The position numbers and the translations under genes are program-made. Below, one piece after another: positions 7,968 through 18,443 of a DNA stretch of 42,161 nucleotides; the first letter of the stretch is position 1; each line of letters begins with the position of its first letter. The stretch is from a virus (Duplodnaviria > Caudoviricetes): the IMG/VR virus record IMGVR_UViG_3300014309_000036, positions 1-42,161 of that record; one strand, written 5' to 3'. The notes below the pieces were generated by a model. The model was not told the origin of the DNA, searched no databases, and worked only from the letters and a program-made list of their open reading frames with translations.

Positions 7968-10159
7968 GGGTCAACCTTATGCTTTCTGTTTCTTGGGCTT
8001 ACATGATACTTCTTGTCCTGTAATAGTGCCCAGTATGACCTATTGCGCCAATCCGCGTATAACAGCTTATCTGGCGCCGGTACTGAGAAACGGTTCTCAG
8101 ATGGTAGCACGGGAGAAACCGCCCCGCCGTTGATCACGACCGGGGCGAACACACTGGACGCGCTCGCGATGAATGGCGTGGCGATCGTGGCCGCCCCAGG
8201 CGAGACGGTGGGCGCAAACACGCTCGCCGTTGAGACGATGAAAACGCCGTAGATTGTCGCGGAAATCGCCGGAGCGTAGGTGCTCGATGCGCTCGCAATG
8301 AGCGCCGGGGAGACGGTGACCGCACCGCGGGTGACGGTGGGCTCCGGTACCGTTGCCCCCGATGCGAGGAGGGGCGGGTAGAGCGTCGCTTCCCCATTCG
8401 CCGCCGTCGGCTCGAACACACTGGACGCGCTGGCGAGGAACGATGGGGAGATGGTGACGGCTCCCGGGGAAACCGTTGGCGTTGCAACCGTGGAAGCGGA
8501 CGCGAGCAACGGCGGGGCGACTGTCGCGCCCCCGGAGGCCAGCGCCGGCTCGAACACGCTAGCTGTCGAGGCTACGATCGGGGGAGCTATCGCTACCGCC
8601 CCCGGCGCTATCGTGAGTGCCAGCACGACGGAAGCCGCGGCGATGAGCGCTGGCGCGATTGTGACCGCACCGCGGCCAACGGCTGGCGTTGCTACGCTCG
8701 AAGTGCTCGCTAGCAGTGGCGGAGAAATCTGGACGGCTCCGTTTACCGTCGGCTCGAACACGCTGGACGTTGCCGCGAGCAACGCCGGGGCGACGGCAAC
8801 CGCACCGCGGGAAACCGTTGGCGCCGCTATCGACGAGCCCGACGACATAAGCGGGACCGTTATGGTCTGCGATCCGGTGCTCGGTGTATATGTGATCGAC
8901 AGCGTCGGGAGAGTGCCGCGAGCATAACATACAGACCGCCAACTGACCTCACCATTATTATGCCAGCCCTTAGCACCTGCCGCGAACGCGAAATGAACGC
9001 CTTGCGTAGACAGTCCTGTGAACGTATATCCGGCGGCTATTAGATCGTTGAGATTTGTTGTCGGATTGAATGTGACAGTGTTGCCGTTGCTTGGGAATGC
9101 AACCTGGGTTTCAGTTGATCGATATGTGCGCCCCCACGGGTTATTGCTTAGCGGAGCGACAGGATTGTTAGTTGCTTCGCAACGCAAACCGGCTTCATCG
9201 CCTTCGCTTCCAGAGTTGTTGTTGTCGTATCTCGGTATTACGAGCGACGCTGACGTCACAGTCCCAGAGAACGACACAGAACGGAACATTAGTCCGGCCT
9301 GCATTTGCGTGTCGTATGGCTCGTCTAGAAATGCGCCGTATACCGACCACTCTGTTTCGACACCACCAGTCCCGCACTGGTAGGTGTCGAGCAGAACCGC
9401 TGATCCTGGTCCGTATGTGTCCGGGCTGATGCCTGCCGCGGCAACGTCTGCCGTCCATTCGATCTCGAGCTCGCCGCCGGGATCGTCGGTTACGAAGTCC
9501 CGAACCGATTTCGCGATCTTCTCTGGTTCAGCGCTGGCAGACTTTGCTTTAGGCTTGATCTGCGTCGGCACCTTCGCGAACGGTACCGCTTCGGTGCGCG
9601 CTATCCCGCGCCCACGAAGACCAGGAGCCAGAGAGCGATTCGTTACCTCGTCCTGATTCCACAGCACAGCCCAATCGTCGACGAGCGCCTTGTGCTGGAT
9701 CGCAACCCATTTGATCTTCTGGTCTTGAGGGAGCCCCGCTTGCGTAAGCCGCACGGAAGCGGTGAGGACTCCGCAGCCGTTGGTGCGGACTTCGTGGACG
9801 CACGACTCTCCCTCGTGGTCGCAAGTGACACGAAGAACCGCCCCGTGCTCGGTACCGTCGCCAGCGTCGCACTCGACGTGGACAACTACTGGCAACGGGT
9901 CGCGATTCGCCTTGCGGAGTTCGAGCACTCCGCGGGCTTCCTCGACTCCCTCCCGCTCGAATATGAGCGCGGGACCGTCCACGCGAACCGAGCGATCGCC
10001 GCCGTAGTACAGACGCTCGCCGTCCCACCGATGTGGCAGGAAAGCGCCCGGTGAATCCGGGTCCGGGACGTTGCGCTCGCCGAGCACCCCGGTCCAAGTA
10101 TGCTGGCCAGTTTGCTCGTCGATCGTTATGCGCCCGGTTGGCGTCCAGCGAGAAGCCAT
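7964..10159 (-). CDS. Virion fibre/appendage protein with ~22-aa Ser/Thr/Ala/Pro tandem repeats
   Basis: About 11-12 repeats like GAVTIAPPLLASASSVFEPTV, plus a central beta-rich domain (QAGLMFRSVSFSGTVTSASLVI). Start placed at MASRWT. Confidence 0.65.
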   Translation of the reverse strand: MASRWTPTGRITIDEQTGQHTWTGVLGERNVPDPDSPGAFLPHRWDGERLYYGGDRSVRVDGPALIFEREGVEEARGVLELRKANRDPLPVVVHVECDAGDGTEHGAVLRVTCDHEGESCVHEVRTNGCGVLTASVRLTQAGLPQDQKIKWVAIQHKALVDDWAVLWNQDEVTNRSLAPGLRGRGIARTEAVPFAKVPTQIKPKAKSASAEPEKIAKSVRDFVTDDPGGELEIEWTADVAAAGISPDTYGPGSAVLLDTYQCGTGGVETEWSVYGAFLDEPYDTQMQAGLMFRSVSFSGTVTSASLVIPRYDNNNSGSEGDEAGLRCEATNNPVAPLSNNPWGRTYRSTETQVAFPSNGNTVTFNPTTNLNDLIAAGYTFTGLSTQGVHFAFAAGAKGWHNNGEVSWRSVCYARGTLPTLSITYTPSTGSQTITVPLMSSGSSIAAPTVSRGAVAVAPALLAATSSVFEPTVNGAVQISPPLLASTSSVATPAVGRGAVTIAPALIAAASVVLALTIAPGAVAIAPPIVASTASVFEPALASGGATVAPPLLASASTVATPTVSPGAVTISPSFLASASSVFEPTAANGEATLYPPLLASGATVPEPTVTRGAVTVSPALIASASSTYAPAISATIYGVFIVSTASVFAPTVSPGAATIATPFIASASSVFAPVVINGGAVSPVLPSENRFSVPAPDKLLYADWRNRSYWALLQDKKYHVSPRNRKHKVDP

Positions 10160-10164
10160 TGGGA

Positions 10165-10554
10165 TTACAGCGCTAGTATGCCGCTGGCGTCCCACGTAAT
10201 ATTAGCGTCACCACCATTGAGTGTAATAGGTAGACCAGTGGCGGAATCTATATAGGCGACGAGCCTTGACGTTGATGCTGTGCCAGTGTCGATATAAAGA
10301 ACCAACGCCTCGCACGGGTCGCCCGTCGCTCCGGTGAACGAGATGTCGGCTGCGTCAAAAACGCCGTTAGTGCCAGTCTTGCTGGCGAAATTGGCAGACG
10401 TCTCTTCTCTCGCGCCGGCTGGAATATCGGAAAGGAACTCATGCGCCGCTGAATACGTATAGTCGGCGGTGTCAACGAGAACCGCTTTGATATCGCCAGA
10501 CAGTAGCCCGGCCAATAGAAACTGTTTCCACTTCGGATATATAGTGTTCGCCAT
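10165..10554 (-). CDS. Small virion structural protein (fibre-associated)
   Basis: IKAVLVD...FDAADISF...LVAYID...NGGDANITW pattern typical of small phage tail/fibre proteins. Confidence 0.65.
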   Translation of the reverse strand: MANTIYPKWKQFLLAGLLSGDIKAVLVDTADYTYSAAHEFLSDIPAGAREETSANFASKTGTNGVFDAADISFTGATGDPCEALVLYIDTGTASTSRLVAYIDSATGLPITLNGGDANITWDASGILAL

Positions 10555-10769
10555 TACCTATGTTTCCTCGTGGCGTCGCTTGACGCCTTTGCGGCGAGTC
10601 CAGCTGCGGTTCCACGGGCTCGAAGTAGCGCGGCTTCGCGCGCACGCTCGGCAGCTGCCTCGGCTCTACCTTCATCGATTGCGTTGATGATCGCTTGAAT
10701 CGCTCGCGCTCCAATTCTCAGGATTGCGGGGCATTCCATCAAGAATCGGAGCGCTTGCAAAAAACTCAT
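10554..10769 (-). CDS. Hypothetical protein
   Basis: Overlapping stop/start junctions with both neighbours. Confidence 0.55.
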   Translation of the reverse strand: MSFLQALRFLMECPAILRIGARAIQAIINAIDEGRAEAAAERAREAALLRARGTAAGLAAKASSDATRKHR

Positions 10770-10930
10770 GGTGCGGTGTCTCCCGGGCGCTTCAGAGCAG
10801 CCCAGCCGAATACAGCGGAGCTCATGGAGAAAAGAAGAAGCCGCGCTTCATCATCGAGGAAGAACCCGCCGACCGCAAGCGCGGTCGAGATCACGACTAG
10901 GGCCACTTTTTGGGCGAATGGATTGGTCAT
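10766..10930 (-). CDS. Small two-TM membrane protein, holin candidate (54 aa)
   Basis: Hand translation gives MTNPFAQKVALVVISTALAVGGFFLDDEARLLLFSMSSAVFGWAALKRPGDTAP. It fills the gap and overlaps the next start (ATGA). Confidence 0.55.
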   Translation of the reverse strand: MTNPFAQKVALVVISTALAVGGFFLDDEARLLLFSMSSAVFGWAALKRPGDTAP

Positions 10931-10933
10931 GGA

Positions 10934-11272
10934 TCAACAAGTGTCAGACGAAAGCCAGACGCGCAAGAGGCCCGTCGCGGCCGCCAAGTGGACGATGTGT
11001 GTTCCGGTGGCGATCATCCGCTCCGGCACGTTCGCTTGCAGGTAGCCTGCTCGCGTTGCGCCTGTCGTTGCGGACGCACTCACTGCGTCGCTCGCCCCGC
11101 CGAAAGCGTAGTGAGTCGCCTGGCTCGAAACCACGGTGATGAACTGGCGCTTTGGATCGACTCCAAGCAAGGTCTCGAGACTCGTTGCCGCGCTCGTTGT
11201 TCCGGTTGCCACGACTCCGATTTCGCCAATCTTGGGACCTAATACCTGATCGGATGCTTTATTCCAGCTCAT
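10934..11272 (-). CDS. Hypothetical protein (possible virion component)
   Basis: Coupled to the upstream 981-aa gene; beta-rich. Confidence 0.6.
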   Translation of the reverse strand: MSWNKASDQVLGPKIGEIGVVATGTTSAATSLETLLGVDPKRQFITVVSSQATHYAFGGASDAVSASATTGATRAGYLQANVPERMIATGTHIVHLAAATGLLRVWLSSDTC

Positions 11273-14214
11273 GACATAATCCTTTGGGATAAGGTTTGGG
11301 TGGACTTCGCAGCTTGGCTTTCACGGCTGCTTGTTGGGGCTGGGCGTGCCTGCGCTTGCGCCTGCTCTTGTGCGACCGCCGCCCTTGCGGTGAGGGATTC
11401 CCTGCCGACCGTGGGCTCGATTGCGCCATTTAGCTCGAACGCCAGGTCCAATTCCACGCGCGTCGCCAACGGTGGGGGGATTGGTAGCGCGAGCACTTGC
11501 GTGATTGCTTCCTGCTGCATTCGCTCGAACAGCCTCGGATACACGGCTTTTACCGCTTGTATTGCGTCAGGATTGACGCGCCCTTCCTCCAAGGAATCGA
11601 GAACAGAGAGCGGATTTGCGACGGCTTCCCACTGCGCTTTCCATCGAGAAACCTCGGACGCCGGCGGGGAAACCCCGAGTCTGGATAGCTCCGGATCGGC
11701 TGCTACTGCCGGGAGCGCGGCTCGGAGGAATTGAGCGGCGCCGATTGCCTTGCCGGCGAGGGCCCCGTATGTCTTCGGAGCGCCGTAGGCAAGCTCTTCC
11801 ATGCCGCTTCCAACGCGCTGGGTTATTATGGTTCCTCCTAATGAGGTTATATTGCGAATCTCATCGGAGCGATGGCGGAACGATTCGAGCTCGTCCTTGC
11901 CATCAACGGCGAAGTTGACGATCGCCGGCACGGCCGCGTGCCTCGCTCGTTCTTTCGTTTCTTCGGTGAGCCACGGCGCTCTGACGCGCTTCCTGGAGTC
12001 CTTTTCGAGGCCTGCTCCGGAGCGCGTGCCGCTTGCGCCTTCGGTCAGCGGACGGGCGTTGCGGCGTTTCAGGAAGCGTCCGATTGCGCCGGAAGTCTTC
12101 TGGTCGACGGCCTTAACCATGCCTTGAATTGCCGCGGCCTGTTTGATGGCCATGCCGGGCCTGGTGAGCATCGAGGCAGCTGCCCCAATCATTGCGCCCG
12201 GGATTCCCCCGAGGATGCCGCCCCATGCGGCTCCGCCAATCATCCCGCCCATTCCGCGGCTTTCGCCCTCAATCAGACGATGAATCTGGTTCGAGGCGCG
12301 AACGGTTTCGTCGGCTTTCGCGGCCAATTTGTCGACGGCCTCAATCTGTTTTCTGGCCGTTGCGAGCTGCGGCGCGAATTCATCCGTGCCGGTTGCGATT
12401 GCCTCGATAAGATCTTGCGCCGCGACTATGTGTCTCTTTACGAATTCCTCGTCGAGTTCATTAGTCGCGGTTCCGAGTTTATCAAGGCGTGATAATATCT
12501 TCCCGGGGTCAGCCCTGAACACGGGACGCGAGTAATAGTCTCTATCCTGAACCTTGCGAAGCCACGCTTCCGAGAACACTTTATTGGTGTCCATGTACCG
12601 CTTAAAGGCTTCGTTCTTTTCGCGTTGCCACTTCCCGAGCCTCCCCCATATGCGCTCATTTTCTAGCATGAGCCTTGATGGCTCTTGGACGCTTTCGTAA
12701 TAGTCGGCAAGCTTTTGCGTTCCCAGCTGCCCTCCTCTGTTGCCAGATCGACTCGCTCCCTTTGCTGCCTCAGAAAGCGCGACGTGTTCTTTTTGAAGCG
12801 TCCTTTTCGCCTCGTCAAGCAAATCGAAAGCACCAGCCCCGTCAACTTCATCGAGCTGCGCTATTAGAGTATATATATAATCGGCGGTTTGCTTGCGAGC
12901 GCGGGAGTTCCCTAATAGCTCGTTAGCGGCTTGGTACGCCGCGAGCTCTTCAATCGACGCGTCCTTGGCTGGCGCATATGGGGCAGTGTCGTCTATGACT
13001 CTTTGGATCTTCGCAAACTGGCCGCGAACCTCGGCAAGCTGCAACGCCTCTTGCTCTTTGAGCTTGGCCACCATTGACGGTGTCATCGGGCCATCCGGAA
13101 CTATCATGCGTCTTATGTGCTCGCGGCGTAGCCGGCTATCAACGACCGTCTGAATAACATCGTCGGCTTCGGTCGCCATAGAATCAACGGCCTTGGCTAT
13201 GTCTCTAGCGGCATCGTTGATTATATTGTCGCGGTTCGAATATAAGTCACGGGCCTTCATCGCCGGCTCATCCCACCGTAGCGGGCCAGCTTTTTTGATG
13301 ATGGCCTTGCCCTCAGCATCGGCTCCGGACGCGACCGCTTGCGCCTCCTCAATCATCTCCCGGATGTGTTTTCCGAGGCCTGGCGCTGGCGCGACTCCCT
13401 CGCGCTTGAATACTTCCCCGACGGCTTCATCGATGGACTCAGCAGAGGGCATGGTCTTGGCTGCCGTGCTCGGCGCTACATCATCTGCACGTCCGAAAAC
13501 GCGCTTGAGCTTGCCCATGCCTTTCGTCGCAAAAACAGGCGCAATACCGATGCCTCCCCCGAGCACGGCGCCGAGCCCGACGGAGCCCCACAGCTGCTCG
13601 GCGGTGAGTTCTGAATCTTGGATCCATGCTTCCTCGGCAGCTGCTCCGGTGCCTTGTGCCGCCCCTTCCAGGGCGAATCCAGCGGCCCTGCCAAGCGTAC
13701 GAGAAGCGCCAGCGGCTACCGCACCGCGCGCCGCGCCGATGCCTGCCCCAACGGGCATACCGGAGCCTGCAATCGACCCGGCAACGTACCCAGCGCCGGA
13801 CGCCAGCGGGTTCTCTTCCGCTCGGATGCGCGCCTGCTCGTCATACTCGCGCTCCGCAACCGGACCCTCACCGCCGGCAATCTCGCTCGCGAGGAATCGC
13901 GCTCCAGATAGGGTCGAACGTCCAGTGATGTCGGCGAGTGGATCTGCGTCGATGGCGCCAACGGCCTCGGCTCCCGCCGTCGCCAGCTTCGGAATCGCCA
14001 GCGCCGCGTCGACGGCTCCCGCCCCAACCCCTTCGGCAAGCGCGGCCGCGCCCCCGACGACTCCAGCTTGCTGACGGCGGTTGAAATTGTCGCGGTACTC
14101 CGCTTCACTCGAAGGAAGCATTTCCCCCGAGTCGACGAGCTTTTGCGCATCCTCTGCAGACGTGCGAATCCAGCGTTCGCCGTTGCGGGATTTGAGGTAG
14201 ACCTTGCCAGACAT
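11269..14214 (-). CDS. Large internal virion / DNA ejection protein
   Basis: 981 aa, Ala/Gly-rich and helical with glycine-zipper hydrophobic segments; third of three large genes after the tail genes, as in podoviruses. Confidence 0.6.
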   Translation of the reverse strand: MSGKVYLKSRNGERWIRTSAEDAQKLVDSGEMLPSSEAEYRDNFNRRQQAGVVGGAAALAEGVGAGAVDAALAIPKLATAGAEAVGAIDADPLADITGRSTLSGARFLASEIAGGEGPVAEREYDEQARIRAEENPLASGAGYVAGSIAGSGMPVGAGIGAARGAVAAGASRTLGRAAGFALEGAAQGTGAAAEEAWIQDSELTAEQLWGSVGLGAVLGGGIGIAPVFATKGMGKLKRVFGRADDVAPSTAAKTMPSAESIDEAVGEVFKREGVAPAPGLGKHIREMIEEAQAVASGADAEGKAIIKKAGPLRWDEPAMKARDLYSNRDNIINDAARDIAKAVDSMATEADDVIQTVVDSRLRREHIRRMIVPDGPMTPSMVAKLKEQEALQLAEVRGQFAKIQRVIDDTAPYAPAKDASIEELAAYQAANELLGNSRARKQTADYIYTLIAQLDEVDGAGAFDLLDEAKRTLQKEHVALSEAAKGASRSGNRGGQLGTQKLADYYESVQEPSRLMLENERIWGRLGKWQREKNEAFKRYMDTNKVFSEAWLRKVQDRDYYSRPVFRADPGKILSRLDKLGTATNELDEEFVKRHIVAAQDLIEAIATGTDEFAPQLATARKQIEAVDKLAAKADETVRASNQIHRLIEGESRGMGGMIGGAAWGGILGGIPGAMIGAAASMLTRPGMAIKQAAAIQGMVKAVDQKTSGAIGRFLKRRNARPLTEGASGTRSGAGLEKDSRKRVRAPWLTEETKERARHAAVPAIVNFAVDGKDELESFRHRSDEIRNITSLGGTIITQRVGSGMEELAYGAPKTYGALAGKAIGAAQFLRAALPAVAADPELSRLGVSPPASEVSRWKAQWEAVANPLSVLDSLEEGRVNPDAIQAVKAVYPRLFERMQQEAITQVLALPIPPPLATRVELDLAFELNGAIEPTVGRESLTARAAVAQEQAQAQARPAPTSSRESQAAKSTQTLSQRIMS

Positions 14215-16007
14215 TACGGCAAATCTTCCCGCTCCGAAGGTGTCGGTGCGTTGCGCTCACGATTCACGCGCGCTTGATTGCGCATATACTCTTCCCGTAC
14301 AGCCGGGTCATATGCGGAATCCCATGCTTTCTCTTTCTCTGTAACTCCTGATATCAACCGGCGGAGTCCAGTTAACACGTCACTGTCCCACGACCCAACG
14401 ATCTGCTTAGTGAGCCTAGCTTGTTCTTGCTCAGTGGCTTGTGCTCCAGATATAATCTTGATATAGCTAGAGACCACGGCCCCTATATCGGATCTGGCGT
14501 CCCTTCCCTCTTTCGTTAGCGCCGCATTTGGGGCGTTAGACGTCCAGCCAAGGCCAGCAACACCGTCCCAATCTTTAGGGACAATCAACTCGCCGTTTGG
14601 CGTTATGGTGGCCCCTATTCTTTCGGCAGCAACCTTAAGATTATTCTTGAACGTCGCAACGTCGGCTTTCTTTTCGCCATACGCTTCAAGCTTATCGGGG
14701 TCCGCTCGACTGCCGCCTTCAAGCTCCCGGCGCTTGTTGCGAATTTCCTCGCCACGCAAGCCGAGCTCTTGGGCCTCCAGTTCCTGCTTTCGGATCTTCA
14801 GCTGCTGTTCAACTGGCAGTTCATCGAACGTGACGCTACGCCCTGGCGTGCCCCTCTGTGGTTGCGCGAATTCGTTTTGAAGCTGAATTACCTTCTTGCC
14901 AGTGGCGGCATCCTTGAACTGCCGTTCCCTCTCGATGGCTTCCGCTTGCGACTGGGCGCGCCAAATATCAAACGCGGTGCGCGATTGCTCTGACTTTACG
15001 AATCCTTCCCACGATTCGCGTTCAGCGTCAGCAATCGCCAGCATTGAGTTTCGCAGCAATGACCTTGCACTATCGCGATCGCCAGTTATCTTCTGATACT
15101 CAGCAAGAGCACTGTTCTTATTGTCTTTTGCGATATCAATATCCGCTTCCTGGGCGGCTATGTCATCGTCAACGGCTTTATTGATTATCGCTTGCGCGCT
15201 GTTTTTGCCGCCTGTTAGAGCCGCTGAATATGCCCCTAGACCAGATGCTATAGCTGAAACTATAGTGCCAAATGTCCCTATGCGCTTGAAGTAGCGTCGC
15301 GGGTCAACTTCCTTGGAGTTATAGGCGTCCCGCGCCTTGCCCACTTCTCCCCATTGCTTGTCAGCTGCCGCAATCGCTCGTTGCAATTGCTCGCGCTGTA
15401 GCGCTTCATCCTCCTGCAATTGCGTTGCGCGCTTGCGCGCTTCCTGACTCTGTACTGAGTACATGGCGGCATCGCGCTCGGCTCGCGTTTGCATCGCCTG
15501 GTCAATGGCGAGGTCGGCCTTGGCTCGTTCTGCCGCTGCTTCCGGCGAATATTCTCCCTCGATTGTTTGCGTGGTGACCGAGCCGCGGGGAACCATTACG
15601 CCGCTTTCGCGCTCTGCCATCGGGTCGCGCCCAGGCGTTCCGGGAACCCAATACCGGGGCTCCGGAGGTGGCTCCGGAGGCGTTACCATCGCTTGCGGTG
15701 CGGCAGGCGGTGCGGCGGGCGGCGCTGGCCGTTGGGGGCGCGGCGAGCCGTTGCGAGTCGTCCCGAATTCAGGGGGCGGCGGGGCCTGGACGGGCTGCAC
15801 TGGGCCCGCTGGTGTAGAGATTCCTCCGCCTGGCATGGGAGCCATGGGGACCATTTGAGCGGTCGCCCCCTGATATCTGGTCTCGTCCAAGCGGCGTGCC
15901 AGGTCGTCTGCTTCTGGCCCGAATAGATGGAGGGGAGACCCATCGTCGCGGATGAATTCATATCCACCAATGCCATCGGCTTGATAATCTTTGAATCCGT
16001 AAGCCAT
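14214..16007 (-). CDS. Internal virion / ejection protein
   Basis: 597 aa with a Pro-rich linker, coiled coils and a central hydrophobic helix; gene position. Confidence 0.55.
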   Translation of the reverse strand: MAYGFKDYQADGIGGYEFIRDDGSPLHLFGPEADDLARRLDETRYQGATAQMVPMAPMPGGGISTPAGPVQPVQAPPPPEFGTTRNGSPRPQRPAPPAAPPAAPQAMVTPPEPPPEPRYWVPGTPGRDPMAERESGVMVPRGSVTTQTIEGEYSPEAAAERAKADLAIDQAMQTRAERDAAMYSVQSQEARKRATQLQEDEALQREQLQRAIAAADKQWGEVGKARDAYNSKEVDPRRYFKRIGTFGTIVSAIASGLGAYSAALTGGKNSAQAIINKAVDDDIAAQEADIDIAKDNKNSALAEYQKITGDRDSARSLLRNSMLAIADAERESWEGFVKSEQSRTAFDIWRAQSQAEAIERERQFKDAATGKKVIQLQNEFAQPQRGTPGRSVTFDELPVEQQLKIRKQELEAQELGLRGEEIRNKRRELEGGSRADPDKLEAYGEKKADVATFKNNLKVAAERIGATITPNGELIVPKDWDGVAGLGWTSNAPNAALTKEGRDARSDIGAVVSSYIKIISGAQATEQEQARLTKQIVGSWDSDVLTGLRRLISGVTEKEKAWDSAYDPAVREEYMRNQARVNRERNAPTPSEREDLP

Positions 16008-17830
16008 TATCGTGCCCCATTAGACATAGCAAAAAGCCGCTTCATTCTGTCCTGGGCAGCAACGCCAACGCCAGGAGATGGCACCGTCTGCCCGGCTCCC
16101 CTCGATGCTGCCGCAGCAGCTGTGCCTGATACGGTTCCAGCCGCTGCCCCCTGCTGGGGCATGGTATTGCCGGCTGCACCAGCGGCCGATGCGGCAGCGT
16201 CAGACAGAAGAGCGATGTTAGCGGCATCGCGTTGCGTATCAGCTTGGGTATTGACAGAGCCAGCGCCAATCGCCCAGTTCCCTATATTGGTTTCGTACGC
16301 ACCGCGAGAATTTAAGTCCCCGGCGTTCATACTCCTAACTATATCGCCATAGCCCATGCCCGCCGTATTTGCGGCGTTCATGTGGCTAAGGTTTGATGTT
16401 ATGCCGAATTGGGTAGCGCTGTTGGCGGCATTAAGCGAACCAAGGGCACCCTCTTGCTGCATACCGCGCAAGGCGTTGGCTCTGTCATATTCCGATCCGG
16501 CAATGCCCCTCATGCCCAGCCCATAAGAGTCATTCATGCCCATCTGAGCCTGGGTAGCGCCAATGGCCTGCCCAGCCACGTTTGCGCCTTGCGCGGCGTA
16601 GCCAGCGCCAGCGCCAGCAAGCGAGCCGGCGGCATCTAGTTGGAGTCCTCCGCCGTACTGAGCTCCGGAAAGTGCATTTTGAAGCGCTCCGATGCTCTGT
16701 CCACGAAACGCCAGATTGTTTTCTGCGCCCATGCCGAGCGCTTGAAGCCTCAAATTCTCCTCTGCTTGGCGCCCCGCAAGCGCGCGATCGGCGTTCGCGC
16801 CGAGCACGCCAAGGGCGGCCGCTTCGGTGTTTGCAGCCCCTTGAAGTGCTCCCAACTGCTGCCCGCCGAGCGTCCCTCGCGCCCCCTGGGCAACGCCGAG
16901 CGCGCTCAATTGCTGCTGACGCCAGGCGGCTTCCTCTTGAGCTCGGAGCCCTGCCATTTCGGCGGAAGTCTGTTGTTGAATACCCGCCGCATTCGCCATG
17001 GCTTGGCGAGCCGCGGCACTCGATGCACCGCCCCGCCCGGAGCGGGAGAGCGCCATTTGCCCGGCGATCGCTCGGTCTTGCCCCTGAAGCAATTGCGCCT
17101 CGGCCGCGCTCGGTCCCATCCCGCGCCCAGCGTAGTCTTCGAGGCGAGAGATTCCGCCGTATTGACCGGCAATATCACCTTGCCCCATCGACGACATAAC
17201 ACCAGCGGTGCGCTGCAGTCCAGCGCCACTTACAGCTCCCTGATTGAACGAACCCGGGTCATAGTTTGCGAATGGGTTAGTGTATGACTCGGACCCCATG
17301 CCCGTTAGGCGAGATGTTATATCGCCCATTTGCCGTTGCGGCTGAGTGTCACCGGCAGCAATCGAGCCCATAGTGCCCATTGCGGAGGTCTGAGCGTCGG
17401 TGCCCTGCGGGCCGTACCTCCCGGCGATGTTTTCCAGGGGGCTAGCGATCCCAGCGCCACGGTACTGCACGCCCCCCGCTAGCTCGTTGACGTAACCTGC
17501 CCTAGCGTCTGCCCTGGTTATATCCTCGGCCGCACCACGGTATAGAGCGTCACCAGTGCCAGCGGCAGTTGCGGCCATGGTATTTCCAGCCGCAAGCGCG
17601 CTTTGCCCGGCGGACCGTGCCCCGCTAATGGCGTCAAGCGACCGTTGTCTTGCTAGATCAAGGTCTCCCTGTTGAGCTGGGTTATACGTGAAGTTTTCAA
17701 AGTTTGGGTTATATGGGTTAACATTATCAGCCGAGAATGAATCATCGACGGCGTTAACGCCCCAATTCCAAGCGTCTTCCGCAAGGCCGTATCCGCCCTT
17801 TGCCCAACTAACAGGGTTATACCATGCCAT
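16007..17830 (-). CDS. Internal virion / ejection (pilot-like) protein
   Basis: 607 aa of Gly/Ala/Gln-rich low-complexity sequence; gene position. Confidence 0.55.
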   Translation of the reverse strand: MAWYNPVSWAKGGYGLAEDAWNWGVNAVDDSFSADNVNPYNPNFENFTYNPAQQGDLDLARQRSLDAISGARSAGQSALAAGNTMAATAAGTGDALYRGAAEDITRADARAGYVNELAGGVQYRGAGIASPLENIAGRYGPQGTDAQTSAMGTMGSIAAGDTQPQRQMGDITSRLTGMGSESYTNPFANYDPGSFNQGAVSGAGLQRTAGVMSSMGQGDIAGQYGGISRLEDYAGRGMGPSAAEAQLLQGQDRAIAGQMALSRSGRGGASSAAARQAMANAAGIQQQTSAEMAGLRAQEEAAWRQQQLSALGVAQGARGTLGGQQLGALQGAANTEAAALGVLGANADRALAGRQAEENLRLQALGMGAENNLAFRGQSIGALQNALSGAQYGGGLQLDAAGSLAGAGAGYAAQGANVAGQAIGATQAQMGMNDSYGLGMRGIAGSEYDRANALRGMQQEGALGSLNAANSATQFGITSNLSHMNAANTAGMGYGDIVRSMNAGDLNSRGAYETNIGNWAIGAGSVNTQADTQRDAANIALLSDAAASAAGAAGNTMPQQGAAAGTVSGTAAAAASRGAGQTVPSPGVGVAAQDRMKRLFAMSNGAR

Positions 17831-17831
17831 G

Positions 17832-18443
17832 TTATTCCGTCATCTTTCTAGCGCCGAGGTTGCGGAGCATCATGGATTCGCTGGTGCGGCTCGCGGAATT
17901 CCTGGTCAGGTTGTAGACGAATTCAACGGGTTCCGCCGGTAGCTCGTGCTCAACATAGCCCAATTCCTTGAGCTCTTCCAGGAACAAGACTTCCTCCCCT
18001 CGGCAGGGGGCGAATTCGATGGCTGCTTTCGGAACGCGAAACCCAATGGTTGGGCCGTGGAAGTGCCACGTTCTGCCAATGAAGTAATCGCTGCTTGCGT
18101 CTTCTATGGCGAATTCCCTCTGTCCTATGACGTCAGCACCAAGCGCGAATGCGTCAGCCATACGCCCTATGTACCCGGGACCGTAGTAGTCGTCGTCGTC
18201 CCATATAGCAACAAGATCACCCGGCGATAACGACGCCAAGCCCTCGTTCTTTGCAAACGACTGGTGCGGGGCGCCTCTATACCGAATCACGGTTTCGCTG
18301 TTGCCTGGGGAGCCCCATGAGCATAACGCGGCGCCATTCTCAACTATGATTAGGCGCGCGTCCTTATCGTGCTGGCGAGCCCAATTCTGACGGACGTTAT
18401 CCGCCATGTGTGGGCGCGAGAAAGGTACTATGAGGTTAATCAC
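17832..18443 (-). CDS. GT-A fold (family 2-like) glycosyltransferase
   Basis: INLIVPFSR, RLIIVENG, AKNEGL, VAIWDDDDYYGPGYI (DxD motif) and GEE. Confidence 0.82.
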   Translation of the reverse strand: MINLIVPFSRPHMADNVRQNWARQHDKDARLIIVENGAALCSWGSPGNSETVIRYRGAPHQSFAKNEGLASLSPGDLVAIWDDDDYYGPGYIGRMADAFALGADVIGQREFAIEDASSDYFIGRTWHFHGPTIGFRVPKAAIEFAPCRGEEVLFLEELKELGYVEHELPAEPVEFVYNLTRNSASRTSESMMLRNLGARKMTE

